Assembly (NCBI RefSeq): GCF_988243305.1 | Contig: NZ_OZ547136.1 | DNA length: 64,000 nucleotides | Strand: one strand, 5' to 3' | In this document: in pieces, positions 51,615-61,969 of the stretch | Layout: each line of letters starts with the position of its first letter | How positions within the stretch are numbered: the first letter of the stretch is position 1 | Position numbers and translations under genes: made by a program | The notes under the pieces: model-generated | What the model saw: the letters and a program-made list of their open reading frames with translations, nothing else | Database searches by the model: none | Told to the model about the DNA's origin: nothing

Positions 51615-54242
51615 TTATTCTTCTTCTGGCTCGTCGTCAACGTCCACTTCCGGAGCGATTTCATCGTCCCCTTCCGCGGCACTGCCGTCGATGGTATCCA
51701 GATCTTCCTCGTCAACCGGTTCAGCAACACGTTGCAGACCCACTACGTTTTCATCTTCCGCAGTACGGATGAGGATCACGCCCTGGGTGTTACGGCCCAC
51801 GATGCTGATTTCCGAAACGCGAGTACGTACCAGCGTACCGGCATCGGTGATCATCATGATCTGGTCGCAGTCATCTACCTGCACCGCGCCAACCACTAAA
51901 CCGTTACGTTCGGTAACCTTGATGGAGATAACCCCTTTCGTCGCACGCGACTTAGTCGGGTATTCCGCCACTGCGGTACGTTTACCATAACCGTTCTGCG
52001 TTGCGGTGAGGATTGCGCCATCGCCACGAGGCACGATCAGAGAGACGACTTTATCGCCTTCGCCTAAACGAATACCGCGAACACCGGTGGTGTTGCAGCC
52101 CATCGCACGGACAGAAGACTCTTTAAAGCGCACCACTTTACCTTCGGCGGAGAACAGCATTACTTCGTCTTCGCCGCTGGTCAGGTCAACGCCGATCAGC
52201 TCATCGCCTTCAACAAGTTTGATCGCCACTTTACCGGCGGTACGCAGACGGTTGAACTCGGTGAGGACAGTTTTCTTCACGGTACCGTTAGCGGTCGCCA
52301 TGAAGACTTTCACGCCCTCTTCAAACTCGGTCACCGGCAGGATGGCAGTGATTCGTTCGTCCTGCTCCAGCGGCAGCAGGTTGACGATCGGACGACCGCG
52401 CGCGCCACGAGTGGCTTCCGGCAACTGATAGACTTTCATCGAATAGACGCGACCACGGCTGGAGAAGCACAGAATATGGTCGTGGGTGTTCGCCACCAGC
52501 AGTCGGTCGATAAAGTCTTCTTCTTTAATACGTGCGGCAGATTTACCTTTCCCGCCACGACGCTGCGCTTCGTATTCAGAAAGCGGCTGATACTTCACGT
52601 AGCCCTGGTGAGAGAGCGTCACGACCACATCTTCCTGAGTGATCAGATCTTCCAGGTTGATGTCGGCGCTGTTGGCGGTGATTTCAGTGCGACGTTTGTC
52701 ACCGAACTGTTCACGAACCAGTTCCAGCTCTTCGCGGATCACTTCCATCAGACGATCGGCACTGCCAAGAATACGCAGCAGTTCTGCGATCTGATCCAGC
52801 AGCTCTTTGTATTCGTCGAGCAGTTTTTCATGCTCAAGGCCGGTCAGTTTCTGCAAACGCAGATCCAGAATCGCCTGAGCTTGCTGTTCGGTCAGGTAGT
52901 ACAGACCATCACGCACACCGAACTCTGGCTCCAGCCATTCCGGACGCGCAGCATCGTCGCCCGCACGTTCCAGCATGGCGGCAACGTTGCCCAGCTGCCA
53001 CGGATTAGCAACCAGCGCAGTTTTCGCTTCTGCAGGCGTCGGCGCATGACGGATCAGTTCGATGATCGGGTCGATGTTCGCCAGCGCCACGGCTAATGCT
53101 TCAAGGATATGAGCACGATCGCGAGCTTTACGCAGTTCGAAAATAGTACGACGGGTCACCACTTCACGGCGGTGACGAACAAACGCCGCGATGATGTCTT
53201 TCAGGTTCATGATCTTCGGCTGACCATGGTGCAATGCCACCATGTTGATACCGAAAGAAACCTGCAACTGGGTCTGGGAGTAGAGGTTGTTAAGCACAAC
53301 TTCACCGACCGCGTCGCGTTTCACTTCAATCACGATGCGCATACCGTCTTTGTCAGACTCGTCACGCAGCGCGCTGATGCCTTCCACGCGTTTTTCTTTT
53401 ACCAGTTCCGCAATCTTCTCGATCAGGCGCGCTTTGTTTACCTGATACGGAATTTCGTGGACGATAATGGTTTCACGTCCGGTTTTTGCGTCAACTTCCA
53501 CTTCGGCACGGGCGCGGATATATACCTTGCCACGACCGGTACGGTAAGCTTCTTCAATACCGCGACGACCGTTAATGATTGCCGCCGTCGGGAAGTCCGG
53601 CCCCGGGATGTGTTCCATCAGCCCTTCAATGCTGATGTCTTCATCATCGATATACGCCAGACAACCGTTGATGACTTCCGTCAGGTTGTGCGGCGGGATG
53701 TTGGTTGCCATACCTACGGCGATACCGGAAGAACCGTTCACCAGCAGGTTAGGAATTTTGGTTGGCATGACGTCGGGAATTTTTTCCGTGCCGTCATAGT
53801 TATCAACGAAATCGACCGTCTCTTTTTCGAGATCGGCCATCAGTTCATGGGCAATTTTCGCCAGACGGATTTCCGTATAACGCATTGCCGCCGCAGAGTC
53901 GCCGTCGATGGAACCGAAGTTACCCTGACCGTCTACCAGCATGTAACGCAGCGAGAATGGCTGCGCCATACGGACGATCGTGTCATAAACCGCCAAGTCA
54001 CCATGGGGATGGTATTTACCGATTACGTCACCAACGACACGGGCAGATTTTTTATAGGCTTTGTTCCAGTCATTGCCTAGTACGTTCATGGCGTAAAGTA
54101 CGCGACGGTGTACCGGCTTCAGGCCATCTCGGACATCCGGCAGCGCACGGCCAACAATGACCGACATCGCATAATCCAGATAGGAGCTCTTCAGCTCTTC
54201 CTCAATGTTGACCGGTGTAATTTCTCTCGCAAGGTCGCTCAT
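51615..54242 (-). CDS. gyrA: DNA gyrase subunit A, carrying S83L in the quinolone resistance-determining region
   Basis: 875-aa [55 protein letters not shown]; QRDR reads [13 protein letters not shown] (codon 83 = TTG). Confidence 0.97.
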   Translation of the reverse strand: MSDLAREITPVNIEEELKSSYLDYAMSVIVGRALPDVRDGLKPVHRRVLYAMNVLGNDWNKAYKKSARVVGDVIGKYHPHGDLAVYDTIVRMAQPFSLRYMLVDGQGNFGSIDGDSAAAMRYTEIRLAKIAHELMADLEKETVDFVDNYDGTEKIPDVMPTKIPNLLVNGSSGIAVGMATNIPPHNLTEVINGCLAYIDDEDISIEGLMEHIPGPDFPTAAIINGRRGIEEAYRTGRGKVYIRARAEVEVDAKTGRETIIVHEIPYQVNKARLIEKIAELVKEKRVEGISALRDESDKDGMRIVIEVKRDAVGEVVLNNLYSQTQLQVSFGINMVALHHGQPKIMNLKDIIAAFVRHRREVVTRRTIFELRKARDRAHILEALAVALANIDPIIELIRHAPTPAEAKTALVANPWQLGNVAAMLERAGDDAARPEWLEPEFGVRDGLYYLTEQQAQAILDLRLQKLTGLEHEKLLDEYKELLDQIAELLRILGSADRLMEVIREELELVREQFGDKRRTEITANSADINLEDLITQEDVVVTLSHQGYVKYQPLSEYEAQRRGGKGKSAARIKEEDFIDRLLVANTHDHILCFSSRGRVYSMKVYQLPEATRGARGRPIVNLLPLEQDERITAILPVTEFEEGVKVFMATANGTVKKTVLTEFNRLRTAGKVAIKLVEGDELIGVDLTSGEDEVMLFSAEGKVVRFKESSVRAMGCNTTGVRGIRLGEGDKVVSLIVPRGDGAILTATQNGYGKRTAVAEYPTKSRATKGVISIKVTERNGLVVGAVQVDDCDQIMMITDAGTLVRTRVSEISIVGRNTQGVILIRTAEDENVVGLQRVAEPVDEEDLDTIDGSAAEGDDEIAPEVDVDDEPEEE

Positions 54243-54284
54243 CTAACCGCTATCCCTCTACTGTATCCCGGATTCAAAGGTCGC

Positions 54285-54293
54285 AAATTATAA
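54285..54293 (-). promoter_or_regulatory. gyrA promoter extended -10 element (TGTTATAAT on the minus strand)
   Basis: Minus-strand TGnTATAAT about 43 bp upstream of the gyrA ATG. Confidence 0.6.
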
Positions 54294-54388
54294 CACAGCC
54301 GCGCAGATTGAGGTAAACCTATACGCTTTATTCACCTCCAATGCCTGATATACTCGTTTGTCTTGCCAATTACGGAGTAGAAGTGCCA

Positions 54389-55111
54389 ATGAATGCCGAA
54401 AAATCGCCGGTAAACCATAACGTAGACCACGAAGAGATCGCTAAATTTGAAGCTGTCGCCTCCCGCTGGTGGGATCTTGAAGGTGAGTTCAAACCGCTGC
54501 ACCGCATTAACCCGCTGCGTCTGGGCTATATTGCCGAGCGTGCTGGCGGTTTATTTGGCAAAAAGGTACTCGATGTCGGTTGTGGCGGCGGCATTCTGGC
54601 CGAGAGTATGGCGCGCGAAGGCGCGACGGTGACCGGTCTGGATATGGGCTTTGAGCCATTGCAGGTGGCAAAGCTGCACGCGCTGGAAAGCGGCATTCAG
54701 GTGGATTACGTGCAGGAAACCGTGGAAGAGCACGCGGCAAAACATGCCGGGCAGTATGATGTGGTGACCTGCATGGAGATGCTGGAGCACGTGCCCGATC
54801 CGCAGTCAGTGGTCAGAGCCTGTGCGCAACTGGTGAAACCGGGCGGCGATGTCTTTTTCTCGACGCTTAACCGCAACGGCAAGTCATGGCTGATGGCGGT
54901 GGTTGGCGCGGAATATATTTTGCGCATGGTGCCCAAAGGCACGCACGACGTGAAGAAATTTATAAAACCGGCAGAACTGCTTGGCTGGGTAGATCAGACA
55001 AGCCTTAAAGAGCGACATATAACCGGGTTACATTACAACCCGATCACTAATACTTTTAAACTCGGCCCCGGCGTCGATGTGAACTATATGCTGCACACGC
55101 AGAATAAATAA
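54389..55111 (+). CDS. ubiG: Ubiquinone biosynthesis O-methyltransferase UbiG
   Basis: 240-aa product [38 protein letters not shown] with SAM-binding motif (VLDVGCGGG); the ORF track starts 16 codons earlier. Confidence 0.93.
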
Positions 55112-55119
55112 AATTGTTA

Positions 55120-55149
55120 GCCGGATAAGGTGCTCGCACCACATCCGGC
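55120..55149. repeat. REP element between convergent ubiG and yfaL
   Basis: GCCGGATAAGGTGCTCGCACCACATCCGGC, a typical REP palindrome. Confidence 0.75.
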
Positions 55150-55171
55150 TACAATGCCGGGCGCAAAGCAG

Positions 55172-58100
55172 CTACCATTTCACCGTCATCGACAAAAACC
55201 CTGCCGTCTGGGCAAAATCATCACTCCCTTTCTGCCACGCCACGTTACCACGCAGGGACACTCGCTGACTGATATTGCCCGTGACTCCCACTTTTATTTC
55301 ACCCCGTTGCTTCACCGCATCGTCACTGATAGTGCTGCCATCTTCTTCAATTTTCGTCGCATGGGGATCGTGATAATAATTCAGATCTAATGTTGGTATG
55401 ACATGAACAGAGGTACGCCATTCGCTGTGTAAACCCAGCCGCGTTTGAATATCATCACCCTGCGATTGTGACACGCGCGCATGGTTAGCGGCGGTAAAAT
55501 CATCCTGCTGCACGCCCTGATAAATCACCTGCGCCTGCGGTTCAACCACCACACCACGCCCCGGTAACCACTGATACCCCGCTTCCAGCGAGGCGATAAT
55601 CCCCGACGAATGGTAATGATCTGTGCCATCGTCTTGTTCGGAAACATCATTGTTAAACCACGCGTATTGCAGCCAGCTATCCAGCCAGGCCCCCTGCTTC
55701 TGATTACCGTGCTGAAACCAGCTTGAGGTCAGACCAACGGCATAACCGTGGTTCTGGTTATCGGCGCGAGTTCCGGTCATATTCGAGCGGCTGTCGCCCT
55801 GGTTATCACTGTAGCCACCAACCGCCCCAAGCATCCACTCGCCATCCGCGCCCCAGCGCCCGCTAAACAAGTCGCCGCTAAGCTGCACCGTAGAAGTGTC
55901 TTCATGCTGAGCCAGTTGCCCCGCTGCTGTGTAATGATAATTTCCGCCGATAACACGTAAATTCAGCGTCTGACCATCGCCACCAGCGTGATCGTGTCGC
56001 TCCATCACAAACGCCTGATTTGCCGCCCGCAGGTTATTAAAATATCCACCAACTTTGGCATTCAACACCGGCTGGTAGGCAGGCGTAGGTTCCGGGTCGG
56101 GTGTTGGATCAGGAGTCGGGTCTGGATCAGGTGGCGATGGTGGCGTTGCTTCTTGCGATCGCAGATACCAGTCGTTGTTATCTTCCACCAGCGTGTAGTC
56201 ATACGCTCCCATATTGACGTAGCCGCTGCCCGCCAGACTGAACTGCGCATTGTTTTGAAATTGCGTTGGATCGGCTGCGAAATCAACCACTTTAATGCCT
56301 GTAGATGTCGGCTCACCAATACCCGTAATGGGATTAATTACCACGGTCGTGTTGCCAGCAGTATTACCGTTCAACACCAGTTGGTCACTTGCCGAGTCAT
56401 CGCCGTTTAATTCGCTATCGAGCAGTAGCGTACCACCGCCGGTATAATCACCGTTTACCGTCAGCGTGTCGCCGGCGACGCCATTTTGCAGGCTGACCGC
56501 ACCGGACGTATTGGTCAGATTGCCATTAACTGTTACGTCGGAAAGATAAGTCAGGCTGTCAGTTTCAAGGTTGGTGTTAAGCTCGCCTGTCAACGTCACG
56601 CCATCGGTGGCATTCACCAGCGTCCCATCGCCGTTAAACAGTGAGGCATTAAGGGCGACGGAAGTATCCTGCCCGGTCAGGCGCAAAACCGTACCATCGC
56701 TGATGTCGATAGTGCCGCTGGAAGTAACATCAATTGACTGAATATCCTGATCCGCGCCAGTCTTGAACGTTGCCCCGCCACCGACCCACAGCGACGAAGC
56801 ATAAGGGAAGATATCCGCAACATCGCCTTGCAGCGTGCCTTCTTCGACACGTACCGCCGACTGCGTCGTACCGCTGGCGGTCAGTTCCAGCGTACCCGCC
56901 CCCGTTTTCGTCAATGTGCTACCCTCATCCTGATGCTGCCCGCTGCTGTCAGCCATCAGTGCGCCCCACTGCGTGTCTACCCCCGCATCAACTGCCACTT
57001 CACCGTCGGCGCGCATTTCAATATCACGCCCATGCTCAGTCGTTGTAGAGCGAGTATCGACATTTGCAGTAATCTCCATCACGCTTTCTTGTTGATTATC
57101 GGTAAAGATAACCTGGCGGTTGTAATGGGTATCTCCAAGCTGCGAGTTGTCGCTCACCACCAGCGTACCGGAAGCGATTTGCGTGGTGCCCAGGTAACTA
57201 TTATTGTTTGCCAGGCTAATCAGCCCGTCGCCCGCATCGACCACCACGTAGACGCCATCTTTCCCGTCGCCGCCGATATGCAAATTGTCGCCACCTGCGA
57301 GATCCACCACATCCTGACTGCCGATAACCGTACCGCCGCTGCCGCTGACTGCAAGGCCATCGTTGTATGATGTGCCGCTCTGCCAGGTGGCGAAATCAGA
57401 GAGATCAAGCACACCGCCGTTTAACACGATCGACTGCGGATCGTCCTGGAGAGCGGCAAGATCTGCCGCGTCGCCTTCCAGCGAAAGCACCGCACCATCA
57501 TCAACGACTATATCGCCAGTTAGCGCCATCGACTGTGCCCCTGCCAGCACGTAGCTGCCGTTTTGCGCAATGGTGAGCTGACCAGCACCTTCGATGGTGC
57601 CAGCAAAACTGCCCTGATTAACAGTAACGTTGCCACCAGCATCGATATTTAAAGTGCCATTCTGAAAGCCCGTCAATGCGTGCACAAAAGTTTGTTGGGT
57701 CGAGCCAACGTTTAGCTCAGCCTGATTCTGATACTGATCAATACTCCCTATCGTCAGACCGTAGCAGTCTTGCGTATCGTCCTGGCAATGCGTATCGCCG
57801 ACATTCATCAGGGAGTTGCTGCGGCCCAGGGTAACTTCACCGTTTTCAATCTGCATCTCGCCAGTAAAGTCATTGTTATCTGCATTAAGTACCAGATCGC
57901 CGGAACCTGTTTTGGTGATTAACCCGGTACCAGCAATAGAGTCAACAGCTCCGTCATTCTCTGTATTGCCGATAACCAGCGTTTTTCCGTCGGCAATATC
58001 AAAGGTAACGTCACTTAAGCCGAGATACATAAAGCCACCCGCCGCAGTGGAAGGACCATCTCCATAGCCTGCTGCGCTATTGTTCTCATCCACTAAAACA

Positions 58101-58900
58101 CCGTTGTTCTGGCTGTAGCTGTCATCAACTGAAATATCAATAAGATAGGGAGCCGTCACGCTATTGGTATAAATCGCCCCGCCATATCCCTCAGCAGAGT
58201 TATTTGTAAATGCGGTGTTATTTATTATTGTGAAACCTGACGGATGCGTGATATCGCTATTATTATCGGTGACATCGATTGCCCCTCCATCGCCATCACT
58301 GTAACTTGTTGATGTATATGCCTGGTTATTGTCAAAAATAACTTCATTTAAATAGACGTCATTGTTGATGGTATAAATTGCACCACCTTTGCCGTCATTA
58401 GCGATGTTATTGCGAAACACGGCGTTAGTGACACGTAAATCGACGACACCGGTATCGTTAGTACCAGAAGAATAGATTGCGCCACCATAGCCACCTGCAA
58501 CGTTACCGGAAAAAATAACATTAGTAAGATTCAGCGTTGAGTTTTCTTTAGCAAATATTGCCCCGCCGTTATTATATTCTCCTGAGACAGTATTATTGGC
58601 AAACAGAGTCATTCCAGTTTCATTTTCTGGCGATAGAGAAAACTCCGCTCCTTGTTGCAAAAATACGGCCCCACCGCTGGCGTTATTAGTCATATCCGAA
58701 AAAACCAGCCATTGCCCATCGGCGATGCTCCAGTCCTGCGTAATGCCTGAAAGGCTTTGCCTGCTGGCGTGACAACTCGCTTTGATATCATATCCCTGAC
58801 ATGAATCAATGACCGCCGCGACACCGTTAGCAGAGAAAAGAGATGCAATCATTGACGGGAGTAAAGATAAATACTCCTTGCGTAGAAAAATAATCCGCAT
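55172..58900 (-). CDS. yfaL: Autotransporter adhesin YfaL (EhaC-like), 1242 codons
   Basis: Large ORF with signal peptide, repetitive Gly/Thr/Asn/Asp-rich passenger domain, Pro-rich linker (PPSPPDPDPTPDPTPDPEPTP) and C-terminal beta-barrel ending ..LSMTVKW. Confidence 0.9.
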   Translation of the reverse strand: MRIIFLRKEYLSLLPSMIASLFSANGVAAVIDSCQGYDIKASCHASRQSLSGITQDWSIADGQWLVFSDMTNNASGGAVFLQQGAEFSLSPENETGMTLFANNTVSGEYNNGGAIFAKENSTLNLTNVIFSGNVAGGYGGAIYSSGTNDTGVVDLRVTNAVFRNNIANDGKGGAIYTINNDVYLNEVIFDNNQAYTSTSYSDGDGGAIDVTDNNSDITHPSGFTIINNTAFTNNSAEGYGGAIYTNSVTAPYLIDISVDDSYSQNNGVLVDENNSAAGYGDGPSTAAGGFMYLGLSDVTFDIADGKTLVIGNTENDGAVDSIAGTGLITKTGSGDLVLNADNNDFTGEMQIENGEVTLGRSNSLMNVGDTHCQDDTQDCYGLTIGSIDQYQNQAELNVGSTQQTFVHALTGFQNGTLNIDAGGNVTVNQGSFAGTIEGAGQLTIAQNGSYVLAGAQSMALTGDIVVDDGAVLSLEGDAADLAALQDDPQSIVLNGGVLDLSDFATWQSGTSYNDGLAVSGSGGTVIGSQDVVDLAGGDNLHIGGDGKDGVYVVVDAGDGLISLANNNSYLGTTQIASGTLVVSDNSQLGDTHYNRQVIFTDNQQESVMEITANVDTRSTTTEHGRDIEMRADGEVAVDAGVDTQWGALMADSSGQHQDEGSTLTKTGAGTLELTASGTTQSAVRVEEGTLQGDVADIFPYASSLWVGGGATFKTGADQDIQSIDVTSSGTIDISDGTVLRLTGQDTSVALNASLFNGDGTLVNATDGVTLTGELNTNLETDSLTYLSDVTVNGNLTNTSGAVSLQNGVAGDTLTVNGDYTGGGTLLLDSELNGDDSASDQLVLNGNTAGNTTVVINPITGIGEPTSTGIKVVDFAADPTQFQNNAQFSLAGSGYVNMGAYDYTLVEDNNDWYLRSQEATPPSPPDPDPTPDPTPDPEPTPAYQPVLNAKVGGYFNNLRAANQAFVMERHDHAGGDGQTLNLRVIGGNYHYTAAGQLAQHEDTSTVQLSGDLFSGRWGADGEWMLGAVGGYSDNQGDSRSNMTGTRADNQNHGYAVGLTSSWFQHGNQKQGAWLDSWLQYAWFNNDVSEQDDGTDHYHSSGIIASLEAGYQWLPGRGVVVEPQAQVIYQGVQQDDFTAANHARVSQSQGDDIQTRLGLHSEWRTSVHVIPTLDLNYYHDPHATKIEEDGSTISDDAVKQRGEIKVGVTGNISQRVSLRGNVAWQKGSDDFAQTAGFLSMTVKW

Positions 58901-59433
58901 ATTAATCTGACCATCATTTTCTATAAGACGGCATATTTAATCGCATTATACGATATGGGTTATTTTTCTTTTGTAAATTGTTCAACCCGGTGCAATGGCT
59001 ATTTTGTTATTATTTCATGAATAATATCAGTGCGTCATAATTCAAGTTAATCACCTTAAGGGATATTAGTTATATTTAAACTGAATTAAAGTAATGAATA
59101 ATTTTCTTATAATATAAGGTAAATTAACAAAATGGCTTCGCATTTAACAATAACCGAAGAGAAAACAACCATTTCGATATCAACAATCGCTTACATTCGC
59201 TTATATATTGACCAGAACTGATACATCAGATTATGTGATGACTCGTGCTTAGATCAATTTTTGCAATCATTAGCCAAAAGATTAATAAACCATCTATATC
59301 AATTTATCTAACCTATTCTTCCGTTCAAGAAATCGCCGAACAGTTATTTTTAACAAATTTTTCTCTTCCCATTGACTTTCCCGGACACCTTGTCTGACCT
59401 AAGGTGCGCGAAAGCCACTTTTTCCTTCCTGAG

Positions 59434-59454
59434 TTATCCACAAAGTTATGCACT
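59434..59454 (+). promoter_or_regulatory. Tandem DnaA boxes upstream of the nrdA promoter
   Basis: TTATCCACA (59434-59442, perfect consensus) and TTATGCACT (59446-59454, 8/9). Confidence 0.8.
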
Positions 59455-59520
59455 TGCAAGAGGGCCATTTTCACACTATCTTGCAGTGAATCCCAAACAT
59501 ACCCCCTATATATAGTGTTC
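59454..59520 (+). promoter_or_regulatory. nrdAB promoter (-35 TTGCAA at 59454-59459, -10 TATCTT at 59477-59482) with putative NrdR boxes
   Basis: Hexamers with 17-bp spacing; partially palindromic elements CACACTATCTTGCAGTG (59473-59489) and CCTATATATAGTGTT (59504-59519) resemble NrdR boxes. Confidence 0.5.
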
Positions 59521-59595
59521 TAAGCAGCTTCCCTCACTACAGGTAGTCTGCATGAAACTATTGCGGAAAGAATTCCAAAAACAGGTACGACATAC

Positions 59596-61881
59596 ATGAA
59601 TCAGAATCTGCTGGTGACAAAGCGCGACGGTAGCACAGAGCGCATCAATCTCGACAAAATCCATCGCGTTCTGGATTGGGCGGCAGAAGGACTGCATAAC
59701 GTTTCGATTTCCCAGGTCGAACTGCGCTCCCACATTCAGTTTTATGACGGTATCAAGACCTCTGACATCCACGAAACCATTATCAAGGCTGCCGCAGACC
59801 TGATCTCCCGTGATGCGCCGGATTATCAGTATCTCGCCGCGCGCCTGGCAATCTTCCACCTGCGTAAAAAAGCCTACGGCCAGTTTGAGCCGCCTGCGCT
59901 GTACGACCACGTGGTGAAAATGGTCGAGATGGGCAAATACGATAATCATCTGCTGGAAGACTACACGGAAGAAGAGTTCAAGCAGATGGACACGTTTATC
60001 GATCACGACCGTGATATGACCTTCTCTTATGCTGCCGTTAAGCAGCTGGAAGGCAAATATCTGGTACAGAACCGCGTGACCGGCGAAATCTACGAAAGCG
60101 CCCAGTTCCTTTATATTCTGGTTGCCGCGTGCCTGTTCTCGAACTACCCGCGTGAAACGCGCCTGCAATACGTGAAGCGTTTTTACGACGCGGTTTCCAC
60201 ATTTAAAATTTCGCTGCCGACGCCAATCATGTCCGGCGTGCGTACCCCGACTCGTCAGTTCAGCTCCTGCGTACTGATCGAGTGCGGTGACAGCCTGGAT
60301 TCCATTAACGCCACCTCCAGCGCGATTGTTAAATACGTTTCCCAGCGTGCCGGGATCGGCATCAATGCCGGGCGTATTCGTGCGCTGGGTAGCCCGATTC
60401 GCGGTGGCGAAGCGTTCCATACCGGTTGTATTCCGTTCTATAAGCATTTCCAGACAGCGGTGAAATCCTGCTCTCAGGGCGGTGTGCGTGGCGGTGCGGC
60501 TACGCTGTTCTACCCGATGTGGCATCTGGAAGTGGAAAGCCTGCTGGTGTTGAAAAACAACCGTGGGGTGGAAGGCAACCGCGTGCGTCACATGGACTAC
60601 GGGGTACAAATCAACAAACTGATGTATACCCGTCTGCTGAAAGGTGAAGATATCACTCTGTTCAGCCCGTCCGACGTACCGGGGTTGTACGACGCGTTCT
60701 TCGCCGATCAGGAAGAGTTTGAACGCCTGTACACCAAATATGAGAAAGACGACAGCATCCGCAAGCAGCGTGTGAAAGCCGTTGAGCTGTTCTCGCTGAT
60801 GATGCAGGAACGTGCGTCTACCGGTCGTATCTATATTCAGAACGTTGACCACTGCAATACCCATAGCCCGTTTGATCCGGCCATCGCGCCAGTGCGCCAG
60901 TCTAACCTGTGCCTGGAAATCGCCCTGCCGACCAAACCGCTGAATGATGTCAACGACGAGAACGGTGAAATCGCGCTGTGTACGCTGTCTGCTTTCAACC
61001 TGGGCGCAATTAATAGCCTGGATGAACTGGAAGAGCTGGCGATTCTGGCGGTACGCGCACTCGACGCGCTGCTGGACTATCAGGATTACCCGATCCCGGC
61101 CGCCAAACGTGGAGCGATGGGTCGTCGTACGCTGGGTATTGGTGTGATCAACTTCGCTTACTACCTGGCGAAGCACGGTAAACGCTACTCCGACGGCAGC
61201 GCCAACAACCTGACGCATAAAACCTTCGAAGCCATTCAGTATTACCTGCTGAAAGCCTCTAATGAGCTGGCGAAAGAGCAAGGCGCGTGCCCGTGGTTTA
61301 ACGAAACCACTTACGCGAAAGGGATCCTGCCGATCGATACCTATAAGAAAGATCTGGATGCCATCGCTAATGAGCCGCTGCATTACGACTGGGAAGCACT
61401 GCGTGAGTCAATCAAAACGCACGGCCTGCGTAACTCCACGCTTTCTGCCCTGATGCCGTCCGAGACCTCTTCGCAGATCTCTAACGCCACTAACGGTATT
61501 GAACCGCCGCGCGGTTACGTCAGCATCAAAGCGTCGAAAGACGGTATTCTCCGCCAGGTGGTGCCTGACTACGAGCATCTGCACGACGCCTATGAGCTGC
61601 TGTGGGAAATGCCGGGTAACGATGGCTACCTGCAACTGGTGGGTATCATGCAGAAATTTATCGATCAGTCGATCTCTGCTAACACCAACTACGATCCGTC
61701 ACGCTTCCCGTCAGGAAAAGTGCCGATGCAGCAACTGCTGAAAGACCTGCTCACCGCCTACAAATTCGGGGTCAAAACGCTGTATTATCAGAACACCCGT
61801 GACGGTGCTGAAGACGCACAAGACGATCTGGTGCCGTCAATCCAGGACGATGGCTGCGAAAGCGGCGCATGCAAGATCTGA
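59596..61881 (+). CDS. nrdA: Class Ia ribonucleoside-diphosphate reductase alpha subunit NrdA
   Basis: 761-aa ORF MNQNLLVTKRDGSTERINLDKIHRVLDWAAEGL with ATP-cone and catalytic cysteines. Confidence 0.97.
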   Translation: MNQNLLVTKRDGSTERINLDKIHRVLDWAAEGLHNVSISQVELRSHIQFYDGIKTSDIHETIIKAAADLISRDAPDYQYLAARLAIFHLRKKAYGQFEPPALYDHVVKMVEMGKYDNHLLEDYTEEEFKQMDTFIDHDRDMTFSYAAVKQLEGKYLVQNRVTGEIYESAQFLYILVAACLFSNYPRETRLQYVKRFYDAVSTFKISLPTPIMSGVRTPTRQFSSCVLIECGDSLDSINATSSAIVKYVSQRAGIGINAGRIRALGSPIRGGEAFHTGCIPFYKHFQTAVKSCSQGGVRGGAATLFYPMWHLEVESLLVLKNNRGVEGNRVRHMDYGVQINKLMYTRLLKGEDITLFSPSDVPGLYDAFFADQEEFERLYTKYEKDDSIRKQRVKAVELFSLMMQERASTGRIYIQNVDHCNTHSPFDPAIAPVRQSNLCLEIALPTKPLNDVNDENGEIALCTLSAFNLGAINSLDELEELAILAVRALDALLDYQDYPIPAAKRGAMGRRTLGIGVINFAYYLAKHGKRYSDGSANNLTHKTFEAIQYYLLKASNELAKEQGACPWFNETTYAKGILPIDTYKKDLDAIANEPLHYDWEALRESIKTHGLRNSTLSALMPSETSSQISNATNGIEPPRGYVSIKASKDGILRQVVPDYEHLHDAYELLWEMPGNDGYLQLVGIMQKFIDQSISANTNYDPSRFPSGKVPMQQLLKDLLTAYKFGVKTLYYQNTRDGAEDAQDDLVPSIQDDGCESGACKI

Positions 61882-61910
61882 TAATCCCCCAGCCTTTGCA
61901 CCAAACCGTC

Positions 61911-61933
61911 CCCTCTCCCCTTGCGGGAGAGGG
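61911..61933 (+). other. GC-rich stem-loop in the nrdA-nrdB intercistronic spacer
   Basis: 9-bp perfect stem CCCTCTCCC/GGGAGAGGG with loop CTTGC; no downstream T-run, so not a canonical terminator. Confidence 0.6.
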
Positions 61934-61969
61934 TTAGGGTGAGGGGTAATAAAACCACAGGACACATTC

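Noticed and set aside
53109-54080. 323-aa ORF on the plus strand (and similar antisense ORFs at 52476..53096 and 52006..52428)
   Set aside because: Antisense to gyrA; His/Arg/Val-rich composition and no independent start context.
59506-61383. 625-aa ORF on the minus strand
   Set aside because: Lies entirely antisense to nrdA, a highly conserved gene; the translation is Arg/Val/Gln-rich and low-complexity, as expected for a spurious antisense frame.
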